Shown: in pieces, positions 28,613 to 38,512 of the stretch
Numbering within the stretch: the first letter of the stretch is position 1
How the letters are laid out: each line of letters opens with the position of its first letter
Assembly (NCBI RefSeq): GCF_036321535.1
Contig: NC_087437.1
Location: 95,730,001 to 95,794,000, forward strand
Length of the DNA stretch: 64,000 nucleotides
From: Camelus dromedarius
Taxonomy: Eukaryota
Reading direction: 5' to 3'
Position numbers and translations under genes: made by a program
The notes under the pieces: model-generated
Told to the model about the DNA's origin: nothing
What the model saw: the letters and a program-made list of their open reading frames with translations, nothing else
Databases searched by the model: none

Positions 28613-28639
28613 GTTACCAGTTATTTCAGAAAGTTTGTT

Positions 28640-28900
28640 TCTCACTAGTAAGAGTTATAACTTGTCTGTAACTTAATCCTTTTGGGCAAAAATACAACTT
28701 GCCTGACATATATTGTCACAGTGCCAGCACATAATAAGTATTAAATAAGTGCTTACCAAATAAATGGCTGTAAGCCTCAATGGACAAATATTTACATGTT
28801 TATTTAGCTGCTACTATTTGCCAGGTACTTTTCCAACCACTGGGAACTCCGCAGTGACAAAATACATAAAATTCTTTTATGAAGCTTAACTTCTAGTGGT
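28640..28900. mobile_element. Two tail-to-tail L2 3' fragments
   Basis: cacagtgccagcacataataagtattaaataagtgctt (+), then tttagctgctactatttgccaggtact...gaagcttaacttctagtgg (-). Confidence 0.55.
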
Positions 28901-30554
28901 TGATTTTTTTTTACTGTGTCTGTGCTGAATAAAATTATAAAAATACAGAAACATAACGTATGATGAGTCAATAGCTGTGTTTTTAGATGGGTTTCTTAAC
29001 TATCTTCTCTGTCACTGATCGCCACGATTCCACCCAGTGCCCATCAGATATTACTCTCTGGCTGCCCAGGATCTTTTGCTGCAACAACACACATGAGATT
29101 GCCTTCTTTAGAAGACCTAAAGCATAGTACTGTTGTTCAAGGAGAAGAGTTTTTGGCGTTTCTAGACCTCTTTTCTTCTTAAACACTTGTTAAGCCCCTA
29201 CTCATAGTTCAATGACAGGTTCAACTGATCCCTCATCCATGAAGATTCTGCCGACTCCCCTCGTTAGTTACTTATTCTTCATTTCTCTCTCAGCAAGATT
29301 TTGTGTGGATCTGTGTTGTGTCATTGATTTTGGACTGTCATTCTGTATTAATTCTTCCCCATTAAATCTTTACTTACTTGCTTTAGCTTTTATTACCAGT
29401 AGAGGGATTGGAACATGATATTATTCTGAGAAGGTGTGTAAGATGGATGGATAGTTTACCTGTCCCTCCTGATCCAAAGGAGACTGCATTCATGTGTTTA
29501 TGTGCCACAACCTACCTGCCTGTATTTTTGCCTTTTATTAGTGTTCCCATGGGTAGATTGAAAATGGTTGCTAGAATGGAGAGTTAGTATCAAACTATGG
29601 GGAAATGTCGGGAGAAAAACTGAGCCTATCCTGGTATATTCACAGTGCTCTCCTCTTCCCATGAGAAAATCTTATAGCTAAATCATAGTCTATTATTCTA
29701 TTTTTCCTGCCTCCATTGTTTCCTGGGCATCAGAGTTTCTCAGGCTTAGTGGTTTTCCAGTGCTAATTTAGGAAGGGTATTTATAAACTAAATTATGACT
29801 ACAATTTGACTAAAAATAATGAACCATGTCCTACCCAGCTTTGAAGTCAGCATTACTCAATACCTTGATAAGGCATTAAACACATGAATACTTTTAGAAA
29901 GCTTCATTGTAATCCAGCCTTGTATCTGCACATCTGAGAACCTGTCTGAATGCATTTAAACCACAAGATCTAAGGAGAAGTTGTAGCTTGTGACATTGCT
30001 TATTGTTATTTAGGATTGTTGTATTTTCTAGGTTCACAGATTAGCTTCTCTCCATGACTCAGGGAGTTTGTGTCTGTAATTCTAATAATTTACCACTAGA
30101 TGGTAACACAGGTTTACCTACCAAAATGTAGGCTTTGTTCACCAACGTATGGTACAGGTATAGTTGTGATAAATAATGATCCTGTAATTCTTTAAAAAAT
30201 TACTTCCAAATTATTAAAATATAAATTTTAATATATATTTAACTGATCTAGAGACAAAGATCGTAAGTAAAGGAAAAGCATATAATCTGATCCGACCAAA
30301 GACCAACTGTATTTTTTCCATATTATATATCTGTTTCTGTCTTTGTCTTCCTTTTTTTTTTTTTTTTTTTGCTTTCATTAAATAAAAAGGTGTCATTAAA
30401 TTTACAGTTTTTTCAGAAGTCATACTGAGTATTTTCTGTGGTTAGCTACTTCTCAACACTAGGATTTGAATTTTCTGGATACAGATGGAAGGTATAGATA
30501 TTGGTGAAATTTATTAGGTAGTGGGAACAATAGGGACAAGAAATCAATATCATG

Positions 30555-30705
30555 GATTCTCTTCCTTGCTAAGTCATCTTAAGAAGATGCAATTTCTTTT
30601 CTGTAAATTGGGGGTAATAACTTTTCTTTATAAATGTTGTTGATATTGAAATTAGATAATGCATGTAAAATCCTCTGTATGTAGTTGGTGATGGATAAAT
30701 GTTGG
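30555..30705 (+). mobile_element. MIR fragment
   Basis: caatttcttttctgtaaattgggggtaataac...tgaaattagataatgcatgtaaaa. Confidence 0.7.
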
Positions 30706-31215
30706 TTCTCTGCTTGCCTCACTTTTCTTTTTCCTCCTGTTATGGATCTGAAAAGATTAGTTCATGGTTTCCTTTCCATTCAACAGTGAAAGCATAGGTG
30801 CTTTTCTCAAATTGTCTTTCAGTGTATCCTTCCCTATATCCAAGAAGAATCTAGAAAGTAGCTAAGCTTCTGTAGATGTGAAACACACCACTTAGGGCTT
30901 CCTAATAATTCCATGTGTTCACATATCTCAAAGTATATTTTCATTTTAACAGGTTCCTTCTGTAAGCCTAAAAAAATTAATCTAATGATGCGAATTCCAG
31001 ACAGTTGCCTCTTCAACTAGATTATAAATTCATAAAGAGAATGGGTCATATTATGTCTTTTTGATATTTGCTCAGCACTAACCACTCATTAGAGCATCCA
31101 GACTGTTCTCCCTAGAGTGAATGAGAACAGTATCAATGTTCTTCACTGGGTTCAGTAAAAAGGAAAATATCTAGAAATATGAATCATTCCAGGGAGACAG
31201 ATGGATTCAAGAAAC

Positions 31216-31707
31216 TGTAGGGAAGGAAAAAATTTTCGTCATCATCTTAGGATCTCTGGTTGGGTCTGAAAATTAAAATGAAAAAATCAGATTAACAGGA
31301 TAAAAGCCTGAACTTTTTTTCATGTAATAAATAGTACACAACATGGGAGACTTCATAAGGAAATGAAGACCCAAAGAAGACCTTAGTGTATTTATGCTAG
31401 GTTTGATGACCAGTATACAACTGTGCAGAACTATAATAGGTAAAGGAGTCTGAAGTAGGTGTAGTAAACTGAGGGAAACTTGGTAGGACCTGTTGTTCCC
31501 ATTCTTCTCAGCATCCATTTGTCTTCAGCAATAAGGCTGCTCCTTTCCTCTGGGTATAGGGAAGGTACCTCTTATATGAAGGTTGTATTACCTGTTACAG
31601 GAGAGAAGGGGAGAAACAGCTTCTGCTGCTTTCTTAGATTCCTTTAGTTTAAATATTCGATATGCCAAGGTGCCATATTTTGGGGTGATGTGCCCTGAAC
31701 CCCATCA
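31216..31707 (-). mobile_element. ERV1 solo LTR, MER34/MER39-like
   Basis: TG...CA termini. Minus-strand start tgatggggttcagggcacatcaccccaaaatatggcaccttggcata. Confidence 0.8.
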
Positions 31708-31984
31708 TAATACTTCATGAGATAGAATTTACATTGTCAGAAGAGTTAGGCTCATATTGCATGTAAGTCTGTTTTGAGTAAAATTTCTCATTCTCAACTG
31801 GAAGGAGGAGTTACAAACTGTAACACTTCAGTAGATTTTTAAAATAAAATTAATAATATATAATTTACAAGATTTCTTTATGTTGACCTATATTATTTCT
31901 CCACATGTTTATTCTGGACACTATGTTTATTAGCTTTCCTCATTTTTTTAAAATGCCACACACAAAATACAAAACAAAAATTGT

Positions 31985-32182
31985 ATCATTTTACGTTTTC
32001 ACCAACAATGTGTGAGAGTGCTGGTGTTCCACCTCCTCACTAAAATTTTGGCATTGACAATTTTTTTTTAATCTTAACCATTCTCTTATATAATAGTGGT
32101 ACTTGTTGTAGTCTTAATTTGCATTTCCCTAATGACTAACGATGTTGAACAGTTTTTCATGTTCTCATTGGCCACTTATATA
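31985..32182 (-). mobile_element. L1 ORF2 3' fragment
   Basis: caccaacaatgtgtgagagtg...ttaatttgcatttccctaatgactaacgatgttgaaca...attggccactt. Confidence 0.8.
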
Positions 32183-32719
32183 TGGGAGGAGAAAAGGTTT
32201 TCTCAACCTTCTTAGGGTTCCTGGCTGGGCCTGAAAATTAAACTGTCAAAGTTAGATTAACAGGAGAAAAACATACAAATTTTATTGGACTTTTACATGT
32301 ACATGGAAGCCTTAACAAGAGAATAAAAGCCCTGAAAAAGTGACCAGAGCAGAAAGCTTTCTACTTTTAAACAAAGAAATAATAAATTTGTGAAGAACAG
32401 ACAAGACTGAGGGGTTTGAACTACGGGTAGTAAACAGCAAAGAAGTAACAAGGCTGATAGGGTTAGTTTAACAAGCTTTGTATAGATTTCTTAGCCCCAA
32501 ATTCCTCGTCTCTGGTTACAAGCATGTCTCCCTTTTTCTTGGTACTGGGAGGGTACCTGTCACATGGGAGTTTTATGACCTGTTTCAGGGAAGAAGGGCA
32601 AGGAGAGGGGAGATCAGAGTGACATTCCTGCTTCCATCGTTTTCTCAAATTCCCTCAGCTTGAGATATTTAATATGCCAAGGTACCATATTTGAGGATTC
32701 TGTATCGTGAATTCCATTA
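32183..32719 (-). mobile_element. ERV1 solo LTR, same broad family as 31216-31707
   Basis: Shares ctggYtgggYctgaaaattaaa, gattaacagga and atatgccaaggtRccatattt with the neighbouring LTR. Confidence 0.8.
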
Positions 32720-33967
32720 ATAATTTAAACAGAATCCAAGACACATTCTACAAAACATTGGTTACTTATTTTTGTGTGTGTCTTTCCTCAAGAAATAATT
32801 TTAAAATTGTATTTGTGCAGTGCTGTCGTTTCCTGCCTTCTCTCTTGAGGGATCTTGTCTCCTACTAAAAGTCAGTTTGTTTACCCTTGCAATTTCCTGA
32901 TCCTCCTTGAGTGGCAGTAGCAGGAAAGATTGCATTCCACTCTGACTTTCACTCCTGTTTAGAAGTTTCTTGGTTGAATTAGGTCTGGGTGGCTTGTCTT
33001 AGCAATGGCTGCTTGTCCTGATGAAACTGCTCAAATCTCACTTTCATACATCCTTTTCTGGAGGGTGCTTCCTACTCTCATAATTCATAGTTTGTTCTCA
33101 TAGCCCACAAATACAGTGGTAAGTCTATGTTCTTTTGTACACATTTATGAGAAAACTTAAAAACCAGTGTGGTAATATTTTTACTTACTTACAGCAAGTG
33201 CCCTGCATGACTGAACCACTTTTAAAATTGACTAGATTCAAAATATGTGAATGGATTAGAATAAGGTCTGCAGATAAGCACATGGTTCCATCTGTTGAGA
33301 ACCTCCAACTGAGTATATTCATTGTGTTTCCTCCCTTAAGGTATAAACAGTGCTGCTAAATCATGGCCACAAGCTTGGTGGAAAGCGGTACAAACAATGT
33401 ATAAAGCTCCCAAGTGCTTCTCCACTCTGCCTCAGTAATTTCCAGTTCTGCTTCTGATTCAGGTCAGGCTGGAAAGATGTTACATCTGAGACGGAGGGGT
33501 GGGTAAACATTTTGTTTCTCCTGCTTCATTGCTTTAACCGTCTGAAGTGTGAGCCTCAAGGTCACTGGCACTGCTCCAGAGTACCACATAAAATCTCGAG
33601 TGACCATTCATGGAAAGCCTATTGAAACAGCACCTATCCCATTACAAAAAGACTGCCATTGTTAGTACAACAAGGAGAGAAACCAATAACCAACTAACCA
33701 ATAGTTAATACATAGGGGACAACTTTTAACATTTCAAAAATGTTAAAAAGAATGAGATTTCCTTGGTCACTATTACGGAACATTTAAAGCCAGACCAGCT
33801 TGAGAGAAGCCCCACAGGGATACAGAACAACTAGGGAATGATGTCATTTTGGAGCATATAACTAGCATCAATCCAGAGTAATTTAAACGAGCCAACTACA
33901 GAAAGAATCTACAGGAATAAACATGGGTACTTACTTACACTAGTCACAGAGCTTAATGCTCAGGATT

Positions 33968-34725
33968 TAATTATTGAATGCTTATTATGCGAAAAGCCAT
34001 ATGATGAAGTTTAGGACATGCTACCCCAAAATATGACCCCTTGACATACTGACTATTTCAAGTTAAATAAATTTGAAAAATGGAAAGGGAAAGAACTCTG
34101 TAACCTTGCCTTCAAGCAGGTCATAAGACGTTCATGTGAGGGGTGCCCTCCATACACCCAAATGAAAGGAGCTTTCTTATCTCTGCAGACTGTGGGACAC
34201 AGAGAGGAATGGGGAGGAGCAACCCTTGCTAAGTTTCCCCCAGTTTATTTATTATACTTGCCTCATACCTTCTGTCCTGCATATCTTTCCACATCTTTCT
34301 GCTCTTCAGTGGATCTAGCATTAAAACACTCTAGTTTAACCATTTGTCTAGGCCTTCATTTCCTTATGAAGCTTCCTATGTCACAGAAGTATATTAAATA
34401 TTACATCCTCATAGATTAGATTAAATTATATTAATATATTAGATTTGTATGCTTTTTTATTTTTGCTAATCTGTCTCCTGTTATAAGGGCCCCAGTCAAG
34501 AACTTAAAAAGGTAAAAAAAAGATATTTTTTCTTCTCTGTGCATGAATACCTTACACAGGCCATCTCATTTAATCCACTCACAGTCGCCTTTTGAGGTAA
34601 TCATTCTCCTTTATCGGTGAAACTTCAGGAACCTCTCTAACATGTCTAACGGCTCTCGGCCCTTGCAAGCTGACGTGGGATTTGAACTCAGCTATGCCTG
34701 GACTCCAGAGTCCTCATTCTTAACT
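33968..34725 (-). mobile_element. MIR split by LTR insertion
   Basis: ttattgaatgcttattatgc before the LTR; ttacacaggccatctcatttaatcc...gggatttgaactcag...gactccagagtcc after it. Confidence 0.7.
34002..34543 (+). mobile_element. ERV1 solo LTR, MER34/MER39-like
   Basis: Starts tgatgaagtttaggacatgctaccccaaaatatgacc, contains ggccttcatttccttatgaag (inverse of 31352-31372), and ends ctctgtgca. Confidence 0.8.
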
Positions 34726-34860
34726 AGCCAATTTCATATCCCAAAATTGTCTTTTATCAAATTGGGAAGCTAAGATGATTCTTAACTTCTCTGAGCCTCA
34801 GCTTCTCAATTATAATGTTAGAGATAACACACTTCCATTATTGTTTTAAAATTAAATGAA

Positions 34861-35025
34861 TGGGAATGTAAAATGATGCAGTTGCTATGGAAAACAGTAT
34901 GGTTGTCCCTCAAAAAGTTCAAAATTGGATTATTATATCATTCAGTGATTCCTTTTCTGGGTATCTACCCCAGAGAAATAAAAGCAGGAGCTCAAAGACA
35001 TATTTGTACATCCATGTTTATAGAG
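34861..35025 (+). mobile_element. L1 ORF2 C-terminal fragment
   Basis: tgggaatgtaaaatgatgcagttgctatggaaaacagtatgg...tttgtacatccatgtttatag. Confidence 0.8.
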
Positions 35026-35278
35026 TTGTAGAGGAAAAATATCTTTTTCATCTATACTTCTACATTCTCAGCTGCAACCCCTTAGCTTAAGCACATTAAT
35101 AAGAGAAAAACAAATGGAAGTTAATTAACATGTATATCTCATTTAAATAAGAGAGATACTAAGGGGTATTCAGCATAAATACCATCTTCACCTAAAGACA
35201 AAAGAGAAAAGGGTACAGGGGAGGCCAGTTATAGGGAGGTGACCAACAAAAGTATGATAAACAAGAGTAAGGTTTGTT

Positions 35279-36849
35279 GGAGAATTGCCTGTCCAGGTCC
35301 CCTGCCCATTCCCGGACCGGGCTGCCTGTTTTTTTCTTATTAAGTCGTATGAGCTGCTTAAATATTTTGGAGATCAAGCCTTTGTCAGTTTCATTTGCAA
35401 AAATTTTCTCCCATTCTGTAGGCCGTCATTTTGCTCTATCCATGGTTTCCTTTGCTGTGCAGAAGCCCATAAGTTCAACCAGGTCCCATCTGTTAATTCT
35501 TGCCCTTATTTCCATTGCCTGAGTAGACTGCCCCAGGAGAGCATTTTTGAGATGTATGTCAGATAATGTTTTGCCCATATCCTCCTCTCGGAGGTTTACT
35601 GTATCCTGTCCTGTGCCTAAGTCTTTGACCTATTTTGAGTTTATTTCTGTGCATGATGTACAGGAGTGTTCCAGCCTCACTGACCCACATGCTGCTCTCC
35701 AGCTCTTCCAACACCATTCGCTGAAGAGACTGTCTTTATTCCATTGTATATTCTTGGCTCCTTTGTCGAAGATGAGTTGACCAAAAGTTTGTGGGTTCAT
35801 TTCTGGGCTCTCTGTTCTGTTCCATTGGTCCATATGTCTGTTTTTGTACCAATACCATGCTGTCTTGATGACTGTAGCTCTGTAGTATCATCTGAAGTCT
35901 GGGAGAGTTATTCCTCCAGCCTCTTTCTTTTTCTTCAGTAATGCTTTGTCAATTCTAGGTCTTTTGTGGTTCCACTTGTTCTAGTTCTGTGAAATATGTC
36001 CTGGGTAATTTGATAGGGATTGCATTACATCTGTAGATTGCCATGGGCAGTGTGACCATTTTAACAATATTCATTCTTCCAATCCAAGAGCATGGGATAT
36101 CTTTCCATTTTTTAAAGTCTTCTTTAATTTCCTTCATCAATGGTTTATAGTTTTCTGTGTATAATTCTTTCACCTCCTTGGTTAGATTTATTCCTAGGTA
36201 TTTTATTACTTTGGGTGCTATTTTAAAGGGGATTGTTTCTTTACTTTCTTTTTCTGTTGATTCATCGTTAGTGTAAAGAAATACAGGTGATCAATGGGCA
36301 CGTGAGAAAATGCTCAATATCAGTAGTTGTCAGAGAAATGCAGGTCAGGGGTACGGTGGAGTATCACCTCACACAAGTCAGATGGCCATCATTCAAAGGT
36401 CCATGGATGACAGATGCTGGAGGGGCTGTGGAGATGCGAGAGCCCTCCTACACTGCTGGTGGGAATGCAGTTTGGTGCAGCCAATGTGGAGAACAGCATG
36501 GAGATTCCTCAGGAGACTAGGAATAGACTTATCATATGACCCAGGGATCCTGCTCCTGGGCATATATCTGGAGGGAACACTACTTCAAAATGATATCTGC
36601 ACCCCAGTGTTCATGGCAGCAGTATTTACGGTAGCCAAGACATGGAAGTGGCCTAGATGTCTGTCAACAGATGACTGGATAAAGAAGATGTGATGTATTT
36701 ATACAATGAAATACTATTCAGCCATAAAAACCAACAACATAACACCATTTGCAGCAGTATGGATGTTCCTGGAGAGTGTCATTCTAAGTGAAGTAAGCCA
36801 GAGAGAGAAAGAAAAATACCATATGAGATCGCTCATGTGCAGAATCTAA

Positions 36850-36891
<42 letters not shown>

Positions 36892-37196
36892 AAACCATAA
36901 ATAAAAAAAAGAAACAGACTCTTAGACATAAACTACAAACTTGTGGTTGCCAGGGGAACGGAGGGTGGGAAGGGACTGGGATTTCAAAATGTAGAATAAA
37001 CAACATTGTACTGTGTAGCACAGGGAAGTATATACAAGATCTTGTGGTGGCTCACTGCGAAAGAGAATGTGACAATGAATGTATGTATGTTCATGTATAA
37101 CTGAAAAATCGTGCTCTACACTGGAATTTGACACAACATTGTAAAATGACTATAACTCAATAAAAAAAAATTTTAAAAAATCTGTTAGAAAAGAAA
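35279..37196 (+). mobile_element. Young 5'-truncated, 5'-inverted L1 (inverted arm 35279-~36283 on -, direct arm ~36277-37196 on +)
   Basis: ORF2 peptides on - ([26 protein letters not shown]) and on + ([15 protein letters not shown]). Has a 3' UTR, AATAAA and an A-rich tail. TSD aagaRtaaggtttgtt at 35263-35278 and 37197-37212. Confidence 0.93.
36851..36892 (+). repeat. (AAC)n microsatellite inside L1 3' UTR
   Basis: aacaacaac... directly visible. Confidence 0.95.
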
Positions 37197-37355
37197 AAGA
37201 ATAAGGTTTGTTATGCAGATTTAAGTCTGTGCCTTCTCTTTTCAGAGTTTCTTATGATTTAGTCGTCTCTCTCTTCTTGGTACTCAAGAGGGCTAAAAAT
37301 GGAGATTTTTACAAATGGAAATTTCCTTTATAAATGTAAATTTCCCCTTCATAGG

Positions 37356-38512
37356 AGATCCATTTACCCATTTCACCCTCTGACTACCCCTATCCTCTGG
37401 AAACCACCAATCTGTTCTCCTTATCTATAAATTCAGGGTTTTTTTTTTTTCTGGATTTCACATACAAGTGAGATTATATGGTATTTGTCTTTCTCTATCT
37501 GATTATTTCATTTAGCACAATGCCCTTCAAGTCCACCTGTATTGTTGTAAATGGCAAGATTTCATACTTTTTTATGGTTGAATTATATATGTATGTGTCT
37601 CTAAATATCACATCTTTTTTATCCATTCATTCCATGATGGACACTTAGGTTGTTTCCCTATCTTAGCTATTGTAAATAATGCTGCAGTGATCATGGGGGC
37701 ACATGTATCTTTTTGAGTTTGTGTTTTCATTTTATTTGGATAAATACCCAAAATCCAAAAGTGGGATTTCTAGATTATATGGTAGTTCTATTTTTAATTT
37801 TTTGAGGAATCTCCACAATGTTTTCCATAGTGGCTGCACCACACGTTCCCAATAGTGCATGAGGGTTCCCTTTTCTCCACATCTTTGCCAACACTTATAG
37901 TTTGTCTTTTTGATCATAGCCATTCCAACAGGTGTGAGGTGATACAGCACTGTGATTTTGATATGCATTTTCCTGATGATTAGTGATGTTGAGCAACTTC
38001 TAATGTGCCTATTGGCCATCTGTATGTATGTCCTCTTTGGAAAAATATCTATTCAAACACTTCTTCCATTTTAAAATCAGATTGTTTGTTTTTTTGCAAT
38101 TAAGTTGTATGTTATATTCATATATTTTGGATATTAACCTTTTATCAGACATATGATTTGCAAATATTTTCTCCCATTTAGTAAGTCGCCTTTTCACTTT
38201 TTACATGGTTTCCTTTGCTGTGTAGAAGCTTTGTATGTTGATGTAGTTTTCACTTGTTTATCTTTGCTTTTGTTGTCAAATCCAAAAAATTATTGTCAAG
38301 ACTGATGGCAAGAGCTTACCACATATGTTTTCTTCTAGTTTATGGTTTCAGGTCTTACTTTAAAAGCTTTAATCCACTTTGAGTTAATTTTTATGTATAG
38401 TGTTAAGATAGTGGTCTAGTTTCATTCTTTTGCATGTGGCTCTCCAGTTTTTCCAACATTTATTGATGATACTTTTTTTTCCCTATTGTATATTCTTGGC
38501 TTCTTTGTTGTA
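37356..38512 (-). mobile_element. 5'-truncated L1 (ORF2 C-terminus and 3' UTR)
   Basis: ORFs 37732-38019 ([15 protein letters not shown]) and 38009-38197 ([19 protein letters not shown]). Confidence 0.9.

Larger units (their letters stand above)
35027..37355 (-). mobile_element. ERV1-like LTR split by an L1 insertion (35027-35278 and 37197-37355)
   Basis: Begins tgtagaggaaaaat like the other LTRs and has attaataagagaaaaacaaa. Resumes after the TSD with ggtttgttatgcagattt...ttcttggtact, comparable to 32477-32546. Confidence 0.7.

Noticed and set aside
28983..29186. Minus-strand coding exon near 29055-29115
   Set aside because: The acceptor and donor are weak and no frame gives a recognisable protein.
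31216..32719. Two LTRs of a single provirus
   Set aside because: They are clearly diverged internally and are separated by unique sequence and an L1 fragment rather than ERV internal sequence.
35279..36700. APOBEC3 editing or CpG decay as the cause of the L1 hypermutation
   Set aside because: APOBEC3 gives sense-strand G>A and CpG decay gives C>T/G>A. Here the other L1 copies and the conserved ORF2 residues have A and this copy has G.
36837..37100. Poly-Thr / poly-Val ORFs
   Set aside because: Translation artefacts of the (AAC)n microsatellite in the L1 3' UTR.
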